A stretch of 64,000 nt of DNA from Octopus sinensis (GCF_006345805.1 NC_043015.1:7378001-7442000); one strand, 5' to 3'; positions 45,470-57,560 are shown, counted from the stretch's first letter. Notes: a model not told the origin generated them from the sequence alone. Numbers and translations are program-made.

Positions 45470-45903
45470 AAAAACGTCGGGCAAAATGTTTTGCGGTATT
45501 TTGCCTGTCCCTACGGTCTGAGTTTAAAATTCTTCCGTGGCCGATGTTGCCTGTCATCCTTTAGGGGTCAAAAAAATAAATACTAGTGAAGTACTAAGAT
45601 CGAGGAAGTACACTTAGCGCCTCACTCGAATTTGGTAGCCTTGTGCTAAAATTTGAAACCGTTATTATTATTGAGAAGGCAGCGAGGTGGCAGAGTCGTC
45701 AGCATGCTGGGGAAAATGTTTAGCAGTATTTCACCCGTTGCTACATTCTGAGTTCAAATTCCGTTGTGGTCAACTTTACCTATTATCTTTCAGGGTCGAT
45801 ACATTAAGTAATTGTGAAACACTGGACCGATATAATCGACTAGTCCCTTCTCTCCAAATTTCAGGTCTTGTGCCTTTAGTAGAAAGGATTATTATTATTA
45901 TTT
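45470..45903 (+). mobile_element. Two tandem SINE family A copies (about 45470-45665 degenerate; 45676-45903 with an (ATT)n tail)
   Basis: GAGGTGGCAGAGTCGTCAGCATGCTGGG...TTCTGAGTTCAAATTCCG...GGGTCGAT. Confidence 0.8.
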
Positions 45904-45914
45904 AATACGAAACC

Positions 45915-46385
45915 CAATATACCCATCATGACTATCCACCTGATAAGAGTACACCAGGCACATGCATCACAATCATATGTGCGCGATTGGTGATCTCATA
46001 TCAAAATGTACAACGCATGACCTTGCAGGTGGGGGCTCAGTTAGAAGTTTCTTTAAGTTGAATAGCCCACGCAGCTCAAAAAGTCGCTAAATAAGGGTTA
46101 TCTAAAGATGATGAGCAAAACACTCATGTTTTCAGAGGTGTATTATTCAAACTCCAATGAATTCTTCTAGACACATGGCTATGATGCACACGCACTACTT
46201 CTGCTCGTGATTAGAGATGCCACCAAGGGACATACTCGACTAGTTAAGGTCAAACAACTGACAAGCAGATATGTCGTATTGAGCAGAGTATTTGCTGTAG
46301 TCAGTCCATCTTCCATGCCAAAACAAAACAATTACATCATAGCACTTCCAATCAGTTACGACCAGAAGCCACGAGAGCCACTTTC
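45915..46385. repeat. Unclassified interspersed repeat
   Basis: The sequence (GTACACCAGGCACATGCATCACA...GCATGACCTTGCAGGTGGGG...ACACATGGCTATGATGC) resembles a common octopus repeat I recall. There is no second copy in the window to confirm this. Confidence 0.45.
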
Positions 46386-47336
46386 TGTTACTGCAACTAT
46401 TATTATTATTATTATTTTGTAGTAGTAGTAGAAGTAATATTTGTGCAGTAAATCCTTAATATTATTAGGATTAGCGTTCATACCTCACAGTATTTCAATA
46501 TATGCTAAAATCTCTATTTACATTCCTCCGAGGACGATAAAATTATCACCGTAAATATACTGAAGATTATACAAAATCTCTACTGTACTGCACTTGTAAA
46601 AAGCATTTTTGTTGTGCCTTTCGCTACAATCTAATAGCATCGTTTATAATATAAAAGATCAAACAGGCAACATCAGCGAAGAAAGTTTCTAAAAATACAA
46701 TACAAACATCATAAAAATACAATATCAACAAACGACAGTGGAATAGCGTGTCCAAATACAGTTAGTTTGTCTTTCTAATAAAACAAGCCGTTGATCATAC
46801 AGTGGCTGAGGATTTCGCAGTGTCAAATTAAATATGAAATTTACTATATGTTTAAAGTACCTAGAGCAACGAATCTCTATTAGAGATACGTGACATGGAA
46901 TATAAAACTAAAATGATTAAAATAGCGAGAGGAAACCTCAGTAAACAAATGGCAAAAAGTAATAAAAGGAAATATTTTCCCCACTGTGCTTCTACATATA
47001 TAACCAGAATGATGATGTGCGTAGTTTTATAGAATAATAACAAACCACTAAAGGGTGTATAAATTTTAGTAATAACAATGACCGTTTCGAGCAAAATCTA
47101 AAATATATATCATTAGATTTTATGATTATGAATTGGTAAGAAGTTTTATCCTTGGAGAAGTCAATAAAAGTACAGCTGTTAGAGATATTTTCAGCACGCC
47201 ATCTGACACTAAGTTATGAAAAACGGGAACATTGCGAACATTTTTATGTTATATCTTTTCGTTCTAATGCAGCTAACGAGAATTTAAAGGCAGTAGTCGA
47301 GGTGCAATCAACCATATATTCGTGAACTCATATCTA

Positions 47337-47390
<54 letters not shown>

Positions 47391-47717
47391 CACTCATACA
47401 CACACATACGCGTATCATTTACTTGTTTCAGTCTCACAAGTGGAAAACCATCAATTATTTATATATATGTAAATGTTGGTGTGCCTACTTATATATGTAT
47501 ATATGCATATATATCTTACGGAGATGTAATTGCATAGCAGCTGAAATGGTCTGAGTTCGTTTACAGAAACAAAAACAATTGCAGGATGAAATGTATTATA
47601 AACCATTTAAAAACACACAAAAACCGTTATATTCACTTCAACATTTAAATTTAATTTCTCAAAATACTTTCGTCGCTTTGAAATCATGTGTGTCTGTGAG
47701 TGTGTGTGCGTATCGGA

Positions 47718-48045
47718 TACCATCTTCGATCACGAGTGAGCATGGGATTGCACCTAGAAAGTTACCCTCCGAGGCACAAGTCCGGGCAAGGTTGTTTATA
47801 GAAGACCAGCAGTCGCCCATGCATACCAGCATCCCCTCTCCACGTTACCAGTGTTATCCAAGGGAAAGATAAAGGCCGATACAGCTTGGCACCAGCGACG
47901 TTACAACTCATTTCTACGGCTGAGTTAACTGGAGCAACGTGAAATAAAGTGCTTTGCTCAAGATCACAACACACAGCCGGTCCCGGAATAGAACTCACAA
48001 CCTCACGATCGTAAGGTAGACGCTCTAACAAATGAGCCATACGCA
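47718..48045 (-). mobile_element. SINE family D copy
   Basis: Reverse complement of the plus-strand copy at 52877-53220 (shared GGTGCCAAGCTGTATCG, CAACCTTGCCCGGACTTG, GAGGGTAAC.TTCTAGGTGCAA). Confidence 0.9.
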
Positions 48046-48129
48046 TCCACGTATGTGTATACATGTATGTATTTTGATATTTGTATATATATTACTTATT
48101 ATTTTAGCCCAAATGTTATGGCCATGTAT

Positions 48130-48600
48130 TATAAACTTACCAATGGCTATTGGCTTGTGGTGGAGGAAGGAGTTTAGTTTTGCTGGCTTCTTTTAAGTTT
48201 CTTACCGTGATATAGATTCATCTGGACTCTTCGACAGCACCATGTCCTTCAATAATTTTCTGAATATATTTAACCACTTCTTGACGAAGTTCTGAGAAAT
48301 ATCTGGCAATAGATTAAATAGCTGTGGGCCTTTAAATCCCAAGTCATTGCACCATCGGTTCCTCTCTCTAGATAGATGGCTGGCTGGGACCTTTGGGACT
48401 GTGCAGTGACGTCCAGTATGGGAACTGGTAAAATATTCAATGCAGAAGGCTGGTGCTACTCCATCTACGATATTGTATATCTACGGTATTGTATATCTCT
48501 CTGCAATGATAAACGAGGCGTCATTGCTCAAATTAATCCTCAAATCACATACTATACCTGAGCCTGGGATTGCTGCTCCTTTTAGTCCAAAGAATCTTTG
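48130..48600 (-). mobile_element. CR1/L2-type LINE 3' remnant
   Basis: The minus-strand translation AERYTI..IVDGVAP..HTGRHCTVPKVP..WCNDLGFKGPQLFNLLPD..SPDES matches the post-RT C-terminus of CR1/L2-group LINEs (RRERY.II; GP.LFN.LP). It contains stops and a deletion. Confidence 0.7.
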
Positions 48601-49150
48601 TTGCGATATGTTAGCGCAAGATGGCTAAAAGCAGAGAGCTTGGAATTTTCTTGCATTAAGTACCTTCGACTATCTATCTCAAGAATTTCCAATAGAGGAT
48701 ATATTATGCGATCGTCTATCTGACGAGTTTCTGAAACAAGAGGTCTTACAGGTTTCTCCTAGATATACGATATTCTAACTTCTATTACGAAATGGAACGC
48801 GTGTAACAGTGGTTAATATTTAAGAAAAGTTTTTCAATCTCCTATTTATATATACATATATGTGCGTGTGCGTGCGTGTATGTGTATGTATGCATATATA
48901 TATATATATATCTATTTTTATGTATATATATATATACATAGGTATAAATGAAATATATATATATATACATACTATATATGTGTATATATGATATATTTAT
49001 TATATATATATATATAAGAACTGACAGTGAGATGGCTTTAAATGCAATACGATGGCCTCTACTATGATTGGTAGGCTACTTTTGTCGAAACCTGACGAAT
49101 AAAGGAAGTTACGAGAATATTGCAAAACTTTTGATTGAACAGAATCCCCC

Positions 49151-49244
<94 letters not shown>

Positions 49245-50064
49245 GTGTTTATTATATGTAGGTTTAATATATCACACACACGCTCACATACACATACATA
49301 TGTAAGTGTGATATATACGTGCATGTGAGTGGATGTGTATTTTTGATTTAGTTAGCATTATTTCCGATATTTCTATTTCTATTTATTTCTTAAATTTTCA
49401 AAATGAAACTATTTGTGAAGGCGTGACTATCAATCAATTGAGTCATCGATCACAGTATCTGACTGCTACTCATTATATCGACCGATGAGATTGTGAAACC
49501 CAAGCCCAAGTCTAAAATCTACACAATAATGTTTGAATCTATAATACTAGTTTTAGCTATTGTAATCGTAACAGAAATATTCTTGATTCAGTGGCGCAAA
49601 CATAGTTTTGTGGTTAAGGAGTTTCCTTGTAGCTGTAGTCTTTCGAATTCGACTTCGTCTCGTTGTTTCCTGGCAAACTCTATTAACATCAAAATTACTA
49701 ATCATCGAGGACTTGCAAATGACACTTGTATGTAGGTACCTGTGACATATCCATTCATAGAAATTATCGGAGGTCATAACAATTCAATGTGATGCATGGT
49801 GAATTTAGAAGAGTTAATTGTATTGCAAGACTCCGTCTATATTTTCTAGGATGAAGGAGCGATATTAATAGTTATGATATTCGATTATTTAGTCAAGTAT
49901 TTTCTGTTTTCTAGCAATTCATAAATCGTGGGTATTTACTCTCTTCATGCATTTATGATTTTCGAACTTCATTACTCTAAATTCACATTAAGAAAACATT
50001 GTTTTAACGTAGCATTTCACTCATGCCACTACCAAGAGATATCGAAATATGATAAACAAATCAT

Positions 50065-50478
50065 ACTCTCTTTTTATTCTCTTTTACTTGTTTCAGTCAT
50101 TTGACTGTGGCCATGCTGGAGCACCGCTTTTAGTCGAGCAAATCTACCCAAGGACTTATTCCTTGTAAGCCTAGTACTTATTCTATCGGTCTCTTTCGCT
50201 GAACCGCTAAGTTACGGGGATGTAAACACACCAGCATCGGTTGTCAAGAGGTGCTGGGAGGACTAACACACAAACACACACAAACACACACATATATATA
50301 TATATATACATATATACGACGGGCTTCTTTCAGTTTCCGTCTACCAAATCCACTCACAATGCTTTGGTTGGCCCGAGGCTATAGTAGAAGACACTCGTCT
50401 CAGGTCCCACGCAGTGGGACCGAACCTGGAACCATGAGGTTGGTAAGCAAGCTACTTAACACACAGCCACTCCTACGC
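50065..50478 (-). mobile_element. SINE family C copy, full length
   Basis: Strong similarity to 12655-13060. Confidence 0.92.
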
Positions 50479-50589
50479 CATATTATTATTATTTTCTTTT
50501 ATTAGAATTATTTTTTATAGTATTTAGTCTTCACAGTACCAGTGAACACAGTTTTGATTGCTTTTGGTATATATTGTATACGTATTGGT

Positions 50590-51300
50590 AATATATCATG
50601 TTTCGAGTTGCTAATACTGAACAAAATAAGTATGTAATACTGATCTGAGTATTTTTTTTATGATATTTATATTTGTAATCCCTGGGAATATTGGATGCTT
50701 TTGTCTGCATAGTTTCTAAATATTCCTAAGGCACTTATGAACAATTTCGATCTACAATCCTTATGTTCTTGCTATTTCTGTTGCCAGATTAGTATGTGCA
50801 GATGATTTTACCATTTCTTTCAGTAATAAATCATCATTTGTTAGGTCTCATACTTCGTTCAGGAAGAGCTTCAATTCGACAAAGGCTATAGTCAGTAATA
50901 TCCGGTCGATTAGGCTTCAACGCTTTGCCTGCGTAGAATGGCATGAGCAGAAATATTGCAGCTTTATTAGTCTGGCAGACAATTTCTGGTGTAAATTTGT
51001 AATTCTATTATTTTGTTGGTATTTTATGATACTGACATAAATAACAAGAGTACGCAAGTCGCTACTCTGCCGTGCCGATAGCATTGCATTGTGTGCTGTT
51101 TATTGTAGTTAACCAGAAATATATAGTTACCTGTCTCTTCCTATAGTTTTCATATTCTGAAATTACATAACGTAATTTTTATTCTGTACCTCTTTTTGGG
51201 TGGTTTGTGCTGCGAAATGGTAATGGAGTACCGAAACCAAGTCACAGCGATGAAATATTTCATTGTATGTTTCAAGGTCTTCATGTTTTGGTCATAAAGA
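50590..51300 (-). mobile_element. Degenerate R2-superfamily (R4/Dong-like) non-LTR retrotransposon, restriction-like endonuclease C-terminal region
   Basis: Minus-strand peptides in the expected order across frameshifts: KAAIFLLMPFYAGKALKPNRPDIT (50894-50966), DLTNDDLLLKEMVKSSAHTNLATEIART and FISALGIFRNYADK (50699-50740). These match the pattern ILWD..I.TD..I.ANRPDIV / P.D.N...KE.EK..KY.DL..E..R.W / IIGALG. Confidence 0.7.
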
Positions 51301-51529
51301 ACTTTAAGCAACCGTTTTAGTAACACATTCAGTAGACGATTTGTAACTTAGTGTCCGGCATTTTAACAATTTTTGTTCTTTATACATAAAACTCTTAACT
51401 TCTGCTGTGTTGTATTTGAAGGACTCATTGTCTTAATAATATTCGTGTTTCCTACCAATTTGTGGTAATTCATTCAATAAACAGCGGAGACATATTATAG
51501 GTACAGTTTCTTACAGTGTAATCCTTGTA

Positions 51530-52600
51530 TTTATCTTTAACTTGTTTCAGTCATTTGATTGCGGCCATACCGGAGCACCGCCTTGAAATGTTTTAGGACT
51601 TATTTTTTTCAAAGCCTATTACTTATTCTATCGTTCTCTTTTGTAGAACTATTAGGTTGCAGGGACGTAAACATACCAACACCGACAGGTCAATCGCTGG
51701 CTGGGGATAAATATAGACATAAAGATACACATAGATATATTCATGCAGACACACCTAAAACGCAAACACACATACAAACATATATATACACACGCACACA
51801 CGCGCGCGTGCACACACACACACATATGTGTGGAGACAGGCAAAAGAAGCATTTGACCCAGACTGCCTTCTTCCAACTGTTAAACATGGAGGACGATCTG
51901 TGATGATCGGAGGAAGGGCTATATCTTGAAAACTCGCTAGCCCAATAGTTTCCATTCCTGGCCGAATTAATAGTCAAGACGATTTAAGCATTTTATCTTA
52001 TTAAATTCATCCTACGGTTGCGGAACTGTTTCTGAAGGGAAACGCAATATTTCAGGATGATAATGCAACAATTCACACAGCTAAAATTGTTACTGAATGG
52101 CACGAGGAACATTCTGGTAAAGTTGAACATCTTATGTGGCAACTAAAGTCCCCAGATCTCAATGTTATTGACCATTTATGGTGCATTTTAGAAAAAACAA
52201 CCTTGGAGTCGATATCCTCAACCATCATTCACTACAAGAGCAGGTCACTCTTTTAGCTGAAGAATGGACAAAAATTCCTTTGGAAACAATTCAAACTTTG
52301 TTCGAGTCCAGACCTCGTAGTATTCAAGCTGTAATTACTGGTGAAGGCGGTCCTACCCTATATTTATATAAATTTGTTTGGAATTTTAAGGCGTTTCCAT
52401 TAGTTTGTCCAGCCCCAGTATATATATATATACATACACAACAGGCTTCTCTCAGTTTCCGTCTATCAATTCCACTCAGAAGTTCTTCGTCTGCCCAAGA
52501 CTATAGTAAAAAGCACTTGCTCAAGTTTTCACGCAACGGGACCGATCCCAGTGCCAAGTAGTTGGAAAATATACTTCTTACCTCATAACCACGCCTCTGC
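51530..52600 (-). mobile_element. SINE family C copy split by a Tc1 remnant (tail 51530-51825, head 52420-52600)
   Basis: Tail motif TTGTTTCAGTCATTTGA.TGCGGCCAT at 51542 and head motif GGCTTCTCTCAGTTTCCGTCTA at 52444 lie in the correct relative order on either side of the insert. Confidence 0.75.
51826..52418 (+). mobile_element. Tc1-family transposase 3' half (pseudogenised) plus right TIR
   Basis: Translation: WRQAKEAFDPDCLLPTVKHGGRSVM...IFQDDNATIHTAKIVTEWHEEHSGKVEHLMWQLKSPDLNVIDHLW...LAEEWTKIPLETIQTLFESRPRSIQAVITGEGGPTLY. It has internal stops and a frameshift and ends TTGTCCAGCCCCAG|TA. The 5' half and left TIR are absent. Confidence 0.95.
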
Positions 52601-52876
52601 TTATAAAGTGCGTGTGCATCGGCTGGGATTGCTAAGTATTACCTCATATCTTTTCACGAGAGCTTTTGCTTTCGTGAAAAGATAGGAGATGCTCTGTTTT
52701 GAATTTCATGGACTTATTTTGGATAAAATTCAAGTTTTTGTTGATAGCTTCGTTTCTAGTTTCTTCGAGTCCTGTAGCTAATTTTGTTAGTTTTTTTTTG
52801 TACTATTTTGTAATCAGTCAGTGGATATATGACTATAATCCTTCATCCGAGGGGAAAATATAGGGTGGATTTTGTG

Positions 52877-53220
52877 GGTGCTTGGCAAAGTGGTTAGTGT
52901 GTCGGGCTCTCAATCCTGTGGAAGTGAGCTTGATTCCCGGACTGGGCTGCGTGTTGTATTCTTGAGCAAGACACTTCATTTCGCGTTACTCCAGTTCACT
53001 CAGCTATAGAAATAAGTTTCAACATCACTGGTGCCAAGCTGTATCGACCTTTGCCTTTCCCTTGGATATCATCGGTGGCATGTAGAGGAGGAGGCCGGCA
53101 TGCATGGGCAACTGCTGGTCTTTCATAAACAACCTTGCCCGGACTTGCGCCTCGGAGGGTAACATTCTAGGTGCAACCCCAGGGTCATTGTCGTCCATGA
53201 CCGAAAGAAAGGGGACCTTG
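52877..53220 (+). mobile_element. SINE family D copy
   Basis: The tRNA-like head GTGGTTAGTGTGTCGGGCTC...GAGCTTGATTCCCGG is followed by a body shared with 47718-48045 and the tail CATGACCGAA. Confidence 0.88.
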
Positions 53221-53619
53221 ACCCTTTTACCCTTTTAACACTTTAGCCAAGTCAGACTATTATTACTCAGACTTCGATACCTAGTTACGTAAACACTCGA
53301 GAAATATTGCCACAATTCACAATTCATTAATTCAGTCTCATCGATCGATCGCTACCTATTACTTTATATCTTTTAAGATAGTTCTGTTTCAGAATTAAAG
53401 TAATGCGTCTCAAACAGTTCTTTCTAATCTGGTCTTTCATTCTTGTGTGTTGGGCTCTGACTAATTTATTGATTCACAAGCGTTTGTATGACTGTGTTTT
53501 GTCTAATTCCCTTATCTCTGTTTCTTTATCTATTATCATACTAGAGTTCTTAATTGATTTTCTTTTTTAAGTTTGCCTTTTTGCGATTTTCTGGTCTGTA
53601 TTGTATATCAAACCCTTAT

Positions 53620-54060
53620 TATTATCATTCTTCTTCTTCTTGTTATTATCATTATTATCATCATCATTATTATCATTGGTATTATTATCATTATTATTAT
53701 CATCATCATTATTATTATTATTATCATCATTGGTATTATTATCATTATTATTATCATCATCATTATTATTATTATTATCATCGTTGGTATTATTATCATT
53801 ATTATCATCATCATCATTATTGTTGTCGTCGTCGTCACAATTATCATCATCATCATCCTCATCGTCGTCATCGTTGTTGTTGTTGTTGTTGTTGTATTAT
53901 TATTATCATTAGTAGTAATAGTAGTAGTCGTAGCAGTAGTGGTAGTAGTGGCGGTGGTGGTAGTAGTAGTAGTAGTAATAGTAGCTGTGGCGGTGGTGGT
54001 GGTAGTTGTAATAATAATAATAATAATAGTAATAGTAGTAGTAGTAGTAGTAGTAGTAGT
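53620..54060. repeat. Trinucleotide microsatellite patchwork (ATT/ATC/GTT/GTA/GGT/AAT) containing a 54-bp higher-order repeat
   Basis: TGGT anchors at 53677, 53731 and 53785 give a period of 54. Confidence 0.95.
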
Positions 54061-54264
54061 GTATTACTCCAAGTGTCGCGAACATAATATGGCCACTGTC
54101 CTTCTAGAGTATTTACATCAGATGTAGTCTGCTTTAAGAAGTTGGTTAAAAGGTTTAGCGCCAGAGAGAAAAGAAGGTGAGAGGAAACTCCCATGGGAAT
54201 ACGCATCTAACAGACATTGGAATACCTTTTATAATTCCCTCTTTTTTTTCGGTTATCTGCATGA

Positions 54265-54274
54265 GTTAATCCAA

Positions 54275-54308
<34 letters not shown>

Positions 54309-54373
54309 TACTACTACTACTACTATTATTATTACTACTACTCTTATTATTATTATTACTATTACTACTGTTA

Positions 54374-54406
<33 letters not shown>

Positions 54407-54412
54407 TACTAC

Positions 54413-54448
<36 letters not shown>

Positions 54449-54580
54449 TACTACTGTTATTATTATTATTATTATTACTACTGTTATTATCATTATTATT
54501 ATTATTATTATTACTTCTGTTATTATTATTATTATTATTATTATTATCACCACTATCATGATCATCATCATCATCACCAT
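54265..54580. repeat. (ATT)/(ACT)/(CAT) trinucleotide tract
   Basis: Seen directly in the sequence. Confidence 0.95.
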
Positions 54581-55043
54581 TGTTGTAGCTGCTTTTGCTT
54601 ATGGTGGTACGTTGTGGTTGCTAAGAGTTAGCATAAAGATTACGATGCTCTTAAAGGTTTATAATGTTCTTTGGCGTCCTATGTTCTGACTATACACCTC
54701 ATCCTGGGATTGATAACAATATTACCGTAAAATATCCTGGACTTGATTCAATCAAATATTCTTCTGTCTTGTAATTTAATGTGTTCTGCACACTTCACAG
54801 TGAAAGTATGTAATCTTGAAGAAGGCTGTCTCTACGACTGTTCTTTCATACCATTCGTAGCTACAAGCACCCCCCCACACACACATACATACATACGCAT
54901 ATATACATACATATATATTTCGATAAAAATACATACACGCACACCCATATACTGATGCCACAGCTCGTAAGCTGAAACTAGATGAAAAAAAAAGTTTGTG
55001 TATGTGTTATATATACATGTATACATATATATGGATGTATTTA

Positions 55044-55100
<57 letters not shown>

Positions 55101-55261
55101 AAGAATGGATATATATATCCATATATATATATATATATATATATATGTATAAGAATGGATATATATATCCATATATATATATATATATAATATATATATA
55201 TTGTGTGTGTGTGTGTGTGTATATAGAGACATATTTCTATGCTTATGTTTGTATGTGTATG

Positions 55262-55525
55262 TAAACCGGCATTGCGCCTGTTATAACGTCGAGATTTCCT
55301 ATCGATCCAATCAACGGGACAGCCTACGCCTGTAATTAATGTACACATGGTTGAGCAGTGCATAGACAGGCGTTCACTTTTCGTAGTTCTCTGTGAGATT
55401 CAGCGTGACACAGAATGTGACAACGAGTAGATTTGAGTGAAATAAAGAGTTTTGCTGAATGACACAACTCAGCACTGGGAATCGAACTCACGACTCTGAG
55501 ATCATGAACCGAAAACCCTAGTCAT
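55262..55525 (-). mobile_element. Old chimeric SINE: family D-like head plus family B type-1 tail
   Basis: GTGAAATAAAG..TTGCT..GGAATCGAACTCAC resembles the family D head at 47940-48000. GAGATTCAGCGTGACACAGAATGTGACAA is shared with the family B body at 61585-61615. Confidence 0.65.
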
Positions 55526-55536
55526 AATCTCATGTG

Positions 55537-55576
<40 letters not shown>

Positions 55577-55809
55577 CGTTCCCGACTTTTACCCTCCATA
55601 AATCCTAAATATTAATGTAGAATTTATGGGTGCAACTGTCTGTGAAGTCTCACATTCTCGTTGAATGCTCGAAATGAGGAGTAGATAGCCAGGGTCCCTT
55701 TTCTGTGTTTATTTGTCCTACGTTTACGTATTTCATGTTGTTTGCACAGCTGATGATGTCCTGTACCCATATATACATATACATCCCGAATATCAACATA
55801 TGCAAAAAC

Positions 55810-56290
55810 AAAAACACAAACCAAACTTCAGTAAAAAAGAATGGTTTGAGCTGAACAAATTAAAAGCTGACAAAACAATAACAAGTGGCTTATAAAGGGA
55901 GGGCAGTTTTCTTAATGGACACGGTATTCTATATAACTCTAGTACTATCCATACTGGAAGACACAACATATGAAAAGTACCAAAACACTTCAATCAGTAG
56001 AAAATTATGAGAGACCTAAAATCCATACAGAGAAGGGCTCACCGACAAAGAATATGACTATGACCAATTTCAAAAGTAAAACCAGTGAATTCTATGGTAT
56101 TCCAAAGATACACAAAAGTGAGAAAATAAGTAACGCATGCAAGATAGCCATAGAGATAATAATCAAAGCCCCTACTCCTAATGGCCTCAAAATAAAACCT
56201 ATAATAGCAGGTCCCGCATGCGAAACCCACCGCCTCAGTAACCCTTTAGATACCCTCTTAAAACCATTCCTCAAGCATGTTAAAATCTAT
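55810..56290 (+). mobile_element. Penelope-like element, reverse transcriptase N-terminal fragment (frameshifted)
   Basis: KPNFSKKEWFELNKLKADKTI / AYKGRAVFLMDT (from ADKG.AVVIMD) / GLTDKEYDY / KTSEFYGIPKIHK...LKIKPIIAGPACETHRLSNPLDTLLKPFLKHVK. The FYGLPK.HK...RPI signature is diagnostic of the Penelope RT. Confidence 0.9.
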
Positions 56291-57319
56291 AGTAACCATT
56301 GGAATGGCGGAGTGGAAAAAGTAATAGTTTAAGGTTATGGCTAGCTAAGTACACATTCAAGTAAGCACCCACTCACCCCTAGTAGCATCAGCACATTTGT
56401 ATACACAGAAAAATGGATCAGGGGATGAAACATTGCAAAAATACTTAGAGCCCTGATAAAGAAAGAATCAAGAAAACCCTAAAAGCTAAAGAACATGTTC
56501 ACTATTCACACAAAATATTAGCCACGCCATCAAAATGTCTGAGCATGCAAGAAAGACTTCTTGTGACACCAAATCTAATAACAATCTCATCTTTGGCTGG
56601 ATTTTTCTGACCAAGGCCATCGCTATATATTTGCATGTTTTAGCCACAAGACAGCAGATACTAACTAGTATCCATGAACTATCAGCGACCAAAGTGGTGT
56701 CAAAAAACAAAGACAATGAGCAACTGCGTGAGAATCATACCATGACCAGCTACAAGAAACGAGGATGACTACCATAAAACCTAGCCCAACAACACCTCTT
56801 ATAAGCTTCGGAATATTTTGGCGTAAAAATCATTTCTTTGTTACTCGCTCTAACGGCAACATCTATTTAGTTAACAATAAAATATATTTTGGCCTTTAAA
56901 AAATCCCGAGTAGATTTTTTAAATTCTTTCTTGTAAACATTCTTATCGTAACATACCAATAAAAAGAACATCTATGACAACAAAGAATAACGGCAAACAA
57001 GACAAGCACAGTGAGGGACAGCCATCACCATTAAAAGTGAGGAGAAAGCCAGCTTTAGCACTTATATGGTATCTAGGTCAGAGTATTTCCTCTGTAATAG
57101 ACAAAGCCTTAACTTCTGTGTTAATCGACAGGTTCAAAAGAAAGACGATAGCGGTCTTCCGTACACGTCTATGCGCACTCACGAACACACAAATTCAAAT
57201 ACAAAGCTACTCACGCATACATACGTATACAAGTAGAAACAAGCTCGCATAATCAGGCTACCGTCCACACACACTCAGAAATATGTGCGTGATATATATA
57301 TACACATATATATATATAC

Positions 57320-57358
57320 TGTTTCTTTTACTTGTTTCAGTCAATTGAATGCGGCAAT

Positions 57359-57425
<67 letters not shown>

Positions 57426-57560
57426 CACGACCAGCTTCTTTCAGTTTGCATTTACCAAATCGACTCAGAAGGATTTGGTCAGCCCGAAGCTATAGCAGTG
57501 AGATTGAACCCGGAACCATGTGGTTAGGAAGCAAGCTCTTTACCACACAGCCACACCTAT
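57320..57560 (-). mobile_element. SINE family C copy with internal deletions
   Basis: TTTACTTGTTTCAGTCA joins directly to (CA)n(TA)n, followed by CGACCAGCTTCTTTCAGTTT...CTTTACCACACAGCCAC. Confidence 0.85.

Noticed and set aside
48640-48771. Two adjacent inverted repeats and a CUGACGA...GAAAC...GUC hammerhead-like string
   Set aside because: Stem I is not complementary and stem II is too short, so it is not a hammerhead. The hairpins are short or heavily bulged.
53554-54087. His/Tyr/Ser/Gly-rich ORF as a suckerin- or beak-protein-like gene
   Set aside because: The start is TTG, and the composition follows trinucleotide-repeat switches. Overlapping frames are equally open (poly-I, poly-L), and the GHG/GGY modules of real cephalopod structural proteins are absent.
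56330-56800. Possible further retroelement remnant after the Penelope fragment
   Set aside because: It has many stops and no motif I can place with confidence.
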